Part shown: piece by piece, positions 18,036-26,676 of the stretch | Layout of the letters: every line of letters begins with the position of its first letter | Numbering within the stretch: the stretch's first letter is position 1 | Source: Bacteroidota bacterium | Lineage (GTDB): Bacteria > Bacteroidota > Bacteroidia > UKL13-3 | Reading direction: 5' to 3' | DNA: 64,000 nucleotides | Assembly: GCA_051715425.1 (NCBI GenBank) | Contig: JBPXJS010000041.1 | Location: forward strand, 336,360 to 400,359 | Program-made: the position numbers and the translations under genes | The notes under the pieces: model-generated | What the model was told of the DNA's origin: nothing | Databases searched by the model: none | Seen by the model: the letters and a program-made list of their open reading frames with translations, nothing else

Positions 18036-19238
18036 ATGAGCGAATTAAAAAGATGTAAAAAATGTCTCCTTCCTGAGACTCACGAAACGATCATTTTTGA
18101 TGATGACGGAATCTGCAGTGTTTGCAGACAAAATGAATTTAAAAAAGAAAAAATCGACTGGACTTCTAAAAAAGGAGAACTTGATGAACTTATTGCACAG
18201 TATAAAGGAACCGGTGACTACGACTGTATCGTTCCGTTTAGCGGTGGTAAGGACAGTACCTGGACCTTGTATTATCTGATGAAAGAATACAAACTAAAGC
18301 CACTTGTGGTGAGGTTTGACCATGGTTTTCTTCGTCCCAACCTGAATGAAAACACCATTAAGGTATTGAGAAACCTTGGGGCCGATTTCCATTCTTTTAC
18401 CCCAAACTGGAAAGTGGTACAAAGATTAATGTTGCAAAGTTTTCTTGAAAAAGGAGATTTTTGCTGGCATTGTCATACCGGTATTTATTCTTACCCTATG
18501 TGGGTAGCTATCCGATACAATATTCCTTTAATTTTCTGGGGCGAACCATCTTCAGAGTATACTTCATACTATAGTTATGATCAATCTGAAGAGGTTGATG
18601 AAAAAAGATTCAACAGGTATATAAACCTTGGTATTAATGCCCTGGATATGGCTGTAAGAATTGGCGGTGATATAGATGAGCGTGATTTTAAACCATACTC
18701 TTATCCTCCATTAAAGGAGCTGAGAAGAATTGGTTACAGATCAGTTTGTCTTGGTTCCTATATTCCATGGGATGTAAGAACACAATCTGAAATAATAAAC
18801 AAAGAACTTGGCTGGCAGGGCGACCGTGTTGAAAATGTACCGGCTGAATACAGCTATGAGAAAATTGAGTGCTATATGCAGGGTGTGCGCGATTATATCA
18901 AATACATTAAACGAGGATATACCAGACCAACTCACCTTGCTTCAATAGATATCCGCAATGACCGGATGGAGAGAAGCAAAGGCCTGGATCTGATCAATCA
19001 GTTTGAAGGTAAAAAACCACCAAGTTTGGAAATATTCCTTGAGTTGGTTGGTTTAACAGAAGATGAATTTTTTGAGATCGCGAAAAGTCATACCGTTTCT
19101 CCGTGGAAGCTTAATGTATTTGAGCAGGAAATAGGAGAAAAATTACCTGACTTCAGCAAATGGTCGAGAGAAGGACGTGCGCAAAGGGATAAGGCGATGG
19201 AACAAATCGAACATTGGAAAAAATCTTCCGGCTTATAA
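18036..19238 (+). CDS. N-acetyl sugar amidotransferase (PP-loop ATP pyrophosphatase; WbuX/WbpG/LegX-like).
   Basis: N-terminal Cys-rich CKKCLLPET...CSVC motif. PP-loop IVPFSGGKDST. Followed directly by HisH/HisF paralogs. Confidence 0.75.
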   Translation: MSELKRCKKCLLPETHETIIFDDDGICSVCRQNEFKKEKIDWTSKKGELDELIAQYKGTGDYDCIVPFSGGKDSTWTLYYLMKEYKLKPLVVRFDHGFLRPNLNENTIKVLRNLGADFHSFTPNWKVVQRLMLQSFLEKGDFCWHCHTGIYSYPMWVAIRYNIPLIFWGEPSSEYTSYYSYDQSEEVDEKRFNRYINLGINALDMAVRIGGDIDERDFKPYSYPPLKELRRIGYRSVCLGSYIPWDVRTQSEIINKELGWQGDRVENVPAEYSYEKIECYMQGVRDYIKYIKRGYTRPTHLASIDIRNDRMERSKGLDLINQFEGKKPPSLEIFLELVGLTEDEFFEIAKSHTVSPWKLNVFEQEIGEKLPDFSKWSREGRAQRDKAMEQIEHWKKSSGL

Positions 19239-19241
19239 AAT

Positions 19242-19859
19242 ATGATTGGTATCGTAGATTACGGAATGGGTAATCTTTTATCCGTGTACAGCGCATTCGA
19301 TTACCTCGGAGAGGATGTAAAAATATGTCATCATCCGGAGGAACTTCTATCAGTTGATAAGATTGTGATTCCGGGTGTTGGCGCATTTAAAGATTGTATT
19401 GAAAAACTAAACTCCAGTGGTTTTACAGAAGCATTACATGAAAACACAATAACCAAGGCAAAACCTACTATGGGCATTTGTCTCGGGATGCAGGTGATGG
19501 CCAAATCGAGTCTTGAGGGGGGGGAGTATGAAGGTCTTGGATGGTTTGATGCCAGCGTCATTCGCCTCCATCCGGGTGATAAGGATAAAAAGGTACCCAA
19601 TATCGGATGGAATGATATCACTTATAACTCTTCTGTACCTCTGTTTAAGGGGTTACCCCAAAAACCGGATTTTTATCTTGTACATTCTTATTATATGAAA
19701 TGCAACAATCCCGGTCTGGTGGTTGCTTCATATGAATACGGGCATCAGGTAACGGCTGCCGTATTAAAAGATAATATCTTTGCAACACAGTTTCATCCGG
19801 AAAAAAGCCAGGATTACGGATTAAGAATATTAGAAAATTTTATTGACTGGAACCCCTGA
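19242..19859 (+). CDS. HisH-like class I glutamine amidotransferase subunit (WbuY-like).
   Basis: MIGIVDYGMGNLLSV, IVIPGVGAF, GICLGMQ (catalytic Cys) and FHPEKS. Contains a G8 homopolymer at 19517-19524. Confidence 0.85.
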   Translation: MIGIVDYGMGNLLSVYSAFDYLGEDVKICHHPEELLSVDKIVIPGVGAFKDCIEKLNSSGFTEALHENTITKAKPTMGICLGMQVMAKSSLEGGEYEGLGWFDASVIRLHPGDKDKKVPNIGWNDITYNSSVPLFKGLPQKPDFYLVHSYYMKCNNPGLVVASYEYGHQVTAAVLKDNIFATQFHPEKSQDYGLRILENFIDWNP

Positions 19860-19861
19860 TC

Positions 19862-20647
19862 ATGTCAAAAGCCAGATTAATTCCTAAACTTCAGCTTCGC
19901 AGAAGCTCTCAGAATCCATCAAGAATGGTACTGGTGATTACAAAGCAATTTGATACCCCAATTGAAATTGCTGATCCTGTATCGCAAGCCAAAATTTTTC
20001 AGGCACAGGCTGCTGATGAATTAATCTTTATCAATATAGATAAGGAACAAAAGGATATCAATAAATTGGCTGAAATCATTCATAAAGTTTCTGAAGAAAT
20101 ATTTATGCCCATTACAGTGGGCGGAGGAGTTAGCACTGAAGAACATTTCAGGATTCTGCTTGCCAATGGTGCTGATAAAATATCTATTAATACCATTGCA
20201 GTAGAAGATCCTTCTTTCATTACCCGCACCTCAGAAAAATTTGGTGCTCAGTGCGTGGTAGTGAGTATTGACTACCGACAGGAAGCAGATGGAACTTATT
20301 CTGTTTATACAATGGGCGGACAGAAACAAACGAATTTGCATCCTGTTGAATGGGCCATGGAAGCCGAAAGGCTTGGTGCAGGCGAAATTTTATTGTCAAG
20401 CATCGATCATGATGGAATGAGAAACGGGCTAAACCTTGAAGTAACACGAATGGTGGCCGATAAACTTTCCATCCCATTAATCACCTCAGGTGGTTGCGGA
20501 CTTGCACAACATTTTTCCGAAGGATTTCTTAAAGGCAGAGCTGATGCAGTTGCTGCGGGTAACTTCTTTGCTCACAGAGACCAGAATCTGATGCAAACCC
20601 GATCACAAATAAAAAACGCAGGAATTAACATCCGGGTGCATACCTGA
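19862..20647 (+). CDS. HisF-like cyclase/synthase subunit (WbuZ-like).
   Basis: TVGGGVST, ISINT, VVVSIDYR and EILLSSIDHDGM are TIM-barrel HisF motifs. Confidence 0.85.
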   Translation: MSKARLIPKLQLRRSSQNPSRMVLVITKQFDTPIEIADPVSQAKIFQAQAADELIFINIDKEQKDINKLAEIIHKVSEEIFMPITVGGGVSTEEHFRILLANGADKISINTIAVEDPSFITRTSEKFGAQCVVVSIDYRQEADGTYSVYTMGGQKQTNLHPVEWAMEAERLGAGEILLSSIDHDGMRNGLNLEVTRMVADKLSIPLITSGGCGLAQHFSEGFLKGRADAVAAGNFFAHRDQNLMQTRSQIKNAGINIRVHT

Positions 20648-20654
20648 TTACGCA

Positions 20655-21668
20655 TTGAAAAAAATAATACTAAGAGCAGACGGAAATTCTGCAATAGGTT
20701 TGGGTCATGTATATAGGCTGCTTTCCATTGCCAATATAGCCGGAAAAGACTTTGATGTTTGTTTTGTAATAAACAATCCGGAACCTTTTCTTCTTGACCT
20801 GTTAAACATGCATGTGAATAAGGTTATTTCCCTAAATGAAACACATGATTATTCATCACCTTCTATAAAGGATAAAGAAACAGAAATAGCATTTGATATG
20901 GATGGTATTTTAACCGGTGAAGAGATTGTAGTAACAGATGGATACTGGTTTGGAAAACAATATCAGCAGGCTGTAAAAGCAACAGGATGCAAATTGGTTT
21001 GTATAGATGATTTTGCTACCAACCATTTTTACGCAGATGTTGTGATCAATCATGCACCTGGAATACAACCATCACTCTACTCATCAGAACCTTATACAAA
21101 ATTTTGTCTGGGTTTGGATTATGCCATGTTGAGAAATGAATTTTATAGCACGTTTGCTCCGGTTGAAAAACGAGAAAAAGTACTCCTTATCTCAATGGGT
21201 GGAAGCGATGAATTCAAGCTCACTGGAAAATTTCTGCCTTCTATCATCAACAAGGGCGAATTTAAAGCCATTCATATTCTTATCTCTCCCTTATTTGATA
21301 AAGAACACCTGAACCAGATTAATCATTATGTATCCAATCCCAGTCTGAATATAAGATTACATAGCAATCTTACTGCAAAAGATCTTGTACATGTTATGGA
21401 TTCCTGCGCACATGCATTTGTTTCGGCAAGCACTGTTTTATTTGAGGCTTACAGCAGAGGGTTGATTTGTATAACAGGTTATTATACCGGCAACCAACAG
21501 AATATTTACAATGGATTTACCTCTCAAAAACTTGCACATGGTTTGGGTGATCTGAAAACGTTGGAACAAATTTCTTTTCATCATTTAAATGATAGCACAT
21601 TAATCCCTTTGCTTCAACCAATGAAGTCAGATAAAAATCTAAAAAATATTTTCCTTTCTCTATGTTAA
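20655..21668 (+). CDS. pseG: PseG-like UDP-2,4-diacetamido-2,4,6-trideoxy-L-altropyranose hydrolase.
   Basis: N-terminus KKIILRADGNSAIGLGHVYRLLSIA matches the PseG family start. About 337 aa, GT-B-like. Confidence 0.7.
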   Translation: MKKIILRADGNSAIGLGHVYRLLSIANIAGKDFDVCFVINNPEPFLLDLLNMHVNKVISLNETHDYSSPSIKDKETEIAFDMDGILTGEEIVVTDGYWFGKQYQQAVKATGCKLVCIDDFATNHFYADVVINHAPGIQPSLYSSEPYTKFCLGLDYAMLRNEFYSTFAPVEKREKVLLISMGGSDEFKLTGKFLPSIINKGEFKAIHILISPLFDKEHLNQINHYVSNPSLNIRLHSNLTAKDLVHVMDSCAHAFVSASTVLFEAYSRGLICITGYYTGNQQNIYNGFTSQKLAHGLGDLKTLEQISFHHLNDSTLIPLLQPMKSDKNLKNIFLSLC

Positions 21669-22291
21669 TTCAGATATTATGTGATAATCCTTCCTCATGG
21701 ATTATTCCTTATGCAAAAGAACTGGTAAATGAACTGACCTTGTCAGGAAATATTATCCGGCTTATTCATCATAAGGATGAGGTAGTTTCCGGAGATATTC
21801 TCATTATGCTTTCGTGCGAGCACTTATTCAGGAATCTTTCACTTAACAAGTATAATCTGGTTGTGCATGAGAGTGATCTCCCTAAAGGTAAAGGATGGTC
21901 GCCACTAACCTGGCAGGTGCTTGAGGGTAAGGATAAAATTCCGGTAACCCTTATCGAAGCAACGGAAGGAGTTGATGCCGGGCCAATATATGATCAGATA
22001 ACTATTAACCTGAACGGTACTGAGCTTGTTGATGAACTCAGACAGGCACAGGGAGAAGCGACAAAAGAACTGATCAGAAAATTTGTTAAAAATCACCCCA
22101 ACAATACAGCCACACCTCAACAAGGTGAGGAAAGTTTTTATCCAAGAAGAAAACCTGAAGATGGAAAACTTGATATCCATGTCCCTTTAAAAGATCAATT
22201 TAATCTGCTCCGTGTTTCCGATAATGAGCGATACCCTGCATGGTTCGAAATAGATGGTGTTACTTACCAGTTAAAGATCTACAAAAAATAA
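21662..22291 (+). CDS. Formyltransferase-domain protein (short form), putative sugar N-formyltransferase.
   Basis: VVHESDLPKGKGWSPLTWQVLEG and LIEATEGVDAGPIYDQ. Confidence 0.65.
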   Translation: MLIQILCDNPSSWIIPYAKELVNELTLSGNIIRLIHHKDEVVSGDILIMLSCEHLFRNLSLNKYNLVVHESDLPKGKGWSPLTWQVLEGKDKIPVTLIEATEGVDAGPIYDQITINLNGTELVDELRQAQGEATKELIRKFVKNHPNNTATPQQGEESFYPRRKPEDGKLDIHVPLKDQFNLLRVSDNERYPAWFEIDGVTYQLKIYKK

Positions 22292-22319
22292 CGTTTATCA
22301 AATACGTTCTAAACTAACA

Positions 22320-23318
22320 ATGAAAATTATTAATACTTTCAGGCACGCTGATATAGAAATTCAACACGTTCTTATTGACCTTGGTTCAACAACTGAAATG
22401 AATCAATATATGTTGTTGTTTGAGAAATGTTTTGGGAAAAGAGCCAATATTACCGAAGAAACTTTCACGTGGTTTAACCTTGATCAGCCCGGAGCCGAGA
22501 ATTACAACTTTGGATTTATTGATTGCAACAATAACAGCCTGATAGCTGCATACGGACTGTTGCCAATCGATGCTGCGCTTCATGGGAAAAAGGCAAAAGC
22601 TGTTTTATGCACCAATGTAATGACAGACCCCGACTATGCAGGCAAAGGTTTGTTTGTAAAAATAGGTGAAGAATCCATCAGGCATTGTGGAGAACAAGGT
22701 ATTTCTGTTTGCCTTGGCATCCCAAATGAAAATGCCATAAAAGGACATATGAAAGTAGGCTGGACACCGTTTGAAGATATTTCCTACTATGAGATGCTCA
22801 AAACTGATATGTCGGTCTTCCCTGCTGACAGCAGAATTCAGATCAGTGAATCAGACAGTTTCAACGAACGTGATTATATATTTGATGATCTGTTTAATAA
22901 CGACAGCGATTTTCGTTTAACAAGAACCAGCACCTGGCTTAACTGGCGATGCTCAAAGCCTCACAGTACTTACAGAAAGTTTAAGGTTAATGAAAATGGT
23001 TTTGTTGGTTACTTTATTATAAAGGAGTTTTTTGATGCAAAAGAGGCTGTAAAAAAAACACATATTGTTGACCTGGCCTTTAAAAACGAACAGGTTCTGG
23101 AAGCAATTCTAAAATATGCTGTAAATATTGCGGTGCTCAATCAATCAGATATTCTGAACTTATGGGCATTTGATAGTGATGAGCTGATGGCCCGGTCGCT
23201 AATAAACTGTAACTACAAAAAATCGTCTTCAAAAAATTATGTCATTCTTTACCCTATAGGTATTGAAAAACCGATAAAAAAAATAAGATTATCTTTATTT
23301 GACAACGATGTATTCTAA
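22320..23318 (+). CDS. GNAT / FemAB-like acyltransferase, hypothetical (paralog of 42295-43224).
   Basis: TDPDYAGKGLFVKIGEESIRHCGEQGISVCLGIPNENAIKGHMKVGWTP aligns with the paralog segment THPDHRGKGLFVDLAKK...GFEKLGWTF. Confidence 0.4.
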   Translation: MKIINTFRHADIEIQHVLIDLGSTTEMNQYMLLFEKCFGKRANITEETFTWFNLDQPGAENYNFGFIDCNNNSLIAAYGLLPIDAALHGKKAKAVLCTNVMTDPDYAGKGLFVKIGEESIRHCGEQGISVCLGIPNENAIKGHMKVGWTPFEDISYYEMLKTDMSVFPADSRIQISESDSFNERDYIFDDLFNNDSDFRLTRTSTWLNWRCSKPHSTYRKFKVNENGFVGYFIIKEFFDAKEAVKKTHIVDLAFKNEQVLEAILKYAVNIAVLNQSDILNLWAFDSDELMARSLINCNYKKSSSKNYVILYPIGIEKPIKKIRLSLFDNDVF

Positions 23319-23324
23319 GTAATT

Positions 23325-24383
23325 ATGAACAACACATTTGATATTGGTAAATTTAAGGTAGGCGATGGTCAGCCTGTATTTATTATTGCCGAGCTTTCCT
23401 GTAATCACCAGCAGGATTTTGAACTGGCAAGAAAATCCGTTCTGGCTATGAAAGAATGTGGCGTTGATGCCGTGAAGCTTCAAACAGCCAAACCGTCATC
23501 CATTACCATAAAAGCAGATACTGAGTATTTTAAAATAAAGGGAGGTACCTTATGGGACAATAAAACCCTTTACGATCTTTATTCTGAAGTGTATACCCCA
23601 TGGGAATGGCATAAACCCCTTCAGGAGTTGAGTGAAAGTCTGGGTATGACATTCTTCTCTTCTCCCTTTGATCATGAAGCTGTTGATTTTTTAGAACAAC
23701 ATCAGGTTCCTGCATACAAAATTGCATCCTTTGAAATTACGGATATCCCACTTATTAAATATACAGCCGGTAAGGGCAAACCGATTATTATTTCTACCGG
23801 CATTGCAAATGAAGAAGATATAAAAGATGCCGTTGAAGCCTGTCATTCTGTTGGAAACTATCAGATAGCCTTATTAAAATGTACTTCGGCCTACCCAACT
23901 CCACTTGAGGAAGTAAATCTGAATGTAATACCCGAATTGAAAAGAAAATTTAATACAATTATTGGACTTTCAGATCATACACTTGGTAGTCTGGTTCCAA
24001 CCGGGGCCGTAGCACTTGGAGCACGCATTATAGAGAAACATTTTATTTTAGACAGAAAGCTGGGTGGGCCAGATGCCGCCTTTTCTATGGAACCACATGA
24101 ATTTAAGGCGATGATTGATACCGTAAGGGATCTTGAAAAAGCAATGGGCAAAAGTGAAATTATCATTTCCGAAAAAGTTGAAAAAAACAGACAATTTGCA
24201 CGCTCGCTTTTCATCGTAGAAGATGTAAAAAAGGGCGACTTGCTTACACCTGAAAACGTGAGATCAATACGACCAGGATATGGCATAAGACCTAAACATC
24301 TTGAAAATATACTTGGAAAAAGAGTAACCAGAGATATAGAAAAAGGAACCCCATTGGATTTTAATATGATTGACGCATCATGA
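23325..24383 (+). CDS. pseI: Pseudaminic acid synthase PseI (NeuB family, copy 3).
   Basis: Close full-length resemblance to characterised PseI: FIIAELSCNH, VKLQT, FSSPFD, AYKIASFE, LLKCTSAYPTP, GLSDHTLG and a C-terminal SAF domain. Confidence 0.9.
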   Translation: MNNTFDIGKFKVGDGQPVFIIAELSCNHQQDFELARKSVLAMKECGVDAVKLQTAKPSSITIKADTEYFKIKGGTLWDNKTLYDLYSEVYTPWEWHKPLQELSESLGMTFFSSPFDHEAVDFLEQHQVPAYKIASFEITDIPLIKYTAGKGKPIIISTGIANEEDIKDAVEACHSVGNYQIALLKCTSAYPTPLEEVNLNVIPELKRKFNTIIGLSDHTLGSLVPTGAVALGARIIEKHFILDRKLGGPDAAFSMEPHEFKAMIDTVRDLEKAMGKSEIIISEKVEKNRQFARSLFIVEDVKKGDLLTPENVRSIRPGYGIRPKHLENILGKRVTRDIEKGTPLDFNMIDAS

Positions 24384-25093
24384 TGAAAGAACTCTTCCGC
24401 AACAAAAAAATAATGATGGTGGTGGCTCATCCTGACGATGAACTGCTTGGACCAGGAGCTACCATGAACAGGCTAATCAGTGAATTGGGCGTTAAGGCCC
24501 ATGTAGTTATACTTGGGGAAGGCATCACCTCACGCTCAGATACCCGAGATCCCGCACTTTGGGAAAAGGAGCTTGCTATACACCGCAACAATATCATGTC
24601 GGCCCAAAAGGCCATTGGATATCAAAGCGTACAAATTTATGATTTGCCCGATAACAGATTTGACAGTGTAGCATTGCTTGACATTATTAAAGTAGTGGAA
24701 AAGGAAAAAAAAGCCTTTAACCCGGATATTATTTTTACCCACCATGGCGGAGATGTGAATATTGATCATCAAAGAACTTTTGAAGCAGTGATAACTGCCT
24801 GCCGTCCGATGGAACATGAACAAGTTAAAACCATTATCACTTTTGAAACCCCATCCGGTACGGAGTGGAGAGCATCAACAGATCCAAGACACTTTATACC
24901 AAATCTGTATATGGGGGTAACAAAAGAAAACGTAGAGGCCAAAATAAAAGGGATGGAAAGTTATGAATTTGAAAAACGACCTTTCCCTCATCCACGCTCA
25001 CCTGAAGCACTAATGATTCAGGCCCAGAGATGGGGTGTAGCAGCCGGACTGCATTACGCTGAAGCATTCTGTATTGTAAGAAGTATATCCTAA
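24380..25093 (+). CDS. LmbE-like (PIG-L family) N-acetyl-sugar deacetylase.
   Basis: MMVVAHPDDELLGPGATM and IFTHHGGDVNIDHQ are PIG-L/LmbE zinc-site motifs. Confidence 0.75.
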   Translation: MMKELFRNKKIMMVVAHPDDELLGPGATMNRLISELGVKAHVVILGEGITSRSDTRDPALWEKELAIHRNNIMSAQKAIGYQSVQIYDLPDNRFDSVALLDIIKVVEKEKKAFNPDIIFTHHGGDVNIDHQRTFEAVITACRPMEHEQVKTIITFETPSGTEWRASTDPRHFIPNLYMGVTKENVEAKIKGMESYEFEKRPFPHPRSPEALMIQAQRWGVAAGLHYAEAFCIVRSIS

Positions 25094-25103
25094 TTCTAAA
25101 CCC

Positions 25104-25631
25104 ATGAATACAAAAGAATTAAACAAACCCATTTATCTCGAAATTCTTACTGATGCAAATTTTTCTAAGAATTACGTGAACTGGATGAATGATTATGAAA
25201 TCACAAAATACCTGGAAAGCAGGTGGAGAGGTCAAACCATTGACAGTATTAAAGAATACCTCAAATACATGAATGAGAGCCCAAACAATTTTATGTTCGG
25301 CATTTTCCTGTCATCAAACAACCAACATATTGGCAATATTAAAATAGGTAGTATTGACTGGATACACAGAAACGGTGATGTAGGCCTGTTGATTGGCGAA
25401 CGATCCACCTGGGGTAAGGGTTATGCTACTGAAGCCATCAAACAAATTACCCATATAGCTTTCAAAAATCTAAACCTGAACAAACTGCTTGCAGGTATTT
25501 ATGTTGGCAATGAAGGTTCTTACAAAGCATTTATAAAAGCAGGATGGGAGGATGTAGGTCTTCTCAAAAAACATCGCTTCTCTGAGGGGAAATTTGTTGA
25601 CGAATACCTGGTTGAGGTTATTACCAATTAA
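25104..25631 (+). CDS. GNAT-family N-acetyltransferase (RimL-like). Candidate PseH.
   Basis: 175 aa. Acetyl-CoA-binding region ERSTWGKGYATEAIKQI. Located inside the pse gene block. Confidence 0.55.
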   Translation: MNTKELNKPIYLEILTDANFSKNYVNWMNDYEITKYLESRWRGQTIDSIKEYLKYMNESPNNFMFGIFLSSNNQHIGNIKIGSIDWIHRNGDVGLLIGERSTWGKGYATEAIKQITHIAFKNLNLNKLLAGIYVGNEGSYKAFIKAGWEDVGLLKKHRFSEGKFVDEYLVEVITN

Positions 25632-25644
25632 TTCAGGAAATACC

Positions 25645-26676
25645 ATGATCATTGCAAAACCAGATAATATCTTTTTCTTCACCGGCCCTGCGGTATGGAT
25701 ACCCGAAGCCATCAACTATGCATCTGCCAATGGTATTCAGTGCTATGTTTTTGCCGTTACAAGGCATCTGGAGGAAATTGTAGACAGGGAAAACAATATT
25801 ACTTTTAAAGATGTATTGGAAAAGAATCAGATAGCTTATTTCCATTGTGATGATATCAATACGTCTGCCGATTTTAAAAGACTTGCTACTAAAAACAGCA
25901 TTGGTATAGGCTTAGGGGAAGCGTATACTTTTACAACAGAAACGCTTGCACTGGTTGACCGGAAAATCTTTGATATGATGATTATCCGTATGCCAAAATA
26001 CAGAGGCGGTGCTCATTTTACCTGGCAAATTCTGCAACAAAACAGAATTGGAGCATGGTACCTTCAACTGGTTAATGAAGAAATGATTCCAGGTGGTTAC
26101 GATCACGCTGAAATTATAAAAACACACGAATATATTTTGCCTCAATGGGCTCGCACACCAGCCGACTATTTTAAAGTAGCTGATGTAGAAGGACTCAATC
26201 TTTTTAAGGGGTTTCTTAATGATATTGCATCAGGAAAAGATTTTCATCTGACATGGTTACAGGAGAATTTTTCATTATACCTGCCACGCCTGTATACGTT
26301 AAAACATGCCTTTATTGACTGGAGTTGGAGCGGAGAAGAAATAGAACGTTTTATATGTGCCTTTGATGATCCTTATGTTGGCGCCAGCACCTTTTGCAAT
26401 GGTACCAGGGTATTGATAAAAAAAGCCCAGTTTGAACGTGGAGAGGGGGCTTTCCATCCGTTTATTAATGGTATCATTTACCGTATTTTTAACGGAAAAA
26501 TATTTGTGGCAGTAAATAACGGAAGCATCATTATAGAAACAATTCAAACGGAAAGCGGAGAATCATACCTTCCGGAACTGAAACCAGGATACCGGTTATT
26601 TACTCCGCAGAGCAAAATAGAAGAGGCCATGATGTTTAATGCCGAATTTGATTCAAAAGGAATAAAAAATAAGTAA
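25645..26676 (+). CDS. Formyltransferase-domain protein (long form with a C-terminal extension).
   Basis: MIIRMPKYRGGAHFTWQILQ. The C-terminal region is paralogous to that of 4847-5860 (W...ER.ICAFD.PY.GA....N). Start set at MIIAKPD after the upstream stop (the track ORF starts at 25594). Confidence 0.6.
   Translation: MIIAKPDNIFFFTGPAVWIPEAINYASANGIQCYVFAVTRHLEEIVDRENNITFKDVLEKNQIAYFHCDDINTSADFKRLATKNSIGIGLGEAYTFTTETLALVDRKIFDMMIIRMPKYRGGAHFTWQILQQNRIGAWYLQLVNEEMIPGGYDHAEIIKTHEYILPQWARTPADYFKVADVEGLNLFKGFLNDIASGKDFHLTWLQENFSLYLPRLYTLKHAFIDWSWSGEEIERFICAFDDPYVGASTFCNGTRVLIKKAQFERGEGAFHPFINGIIYRIFNGKIFVAVNNGSIIIETIQTESGESYLPELKPGYRLFTPQSKIEEAMMFNAEFDSKGIKNK

Noticed and set aside
19242-20647. 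Housekeeping histidine biosynthesis hisH/hisF
   Set aside because: They sit between a sugar amidotransferase and pseG with no other his genes. This arrangement matches the WbuY/WbuZ-type paralogs dedicated to amidino-sugar formation.
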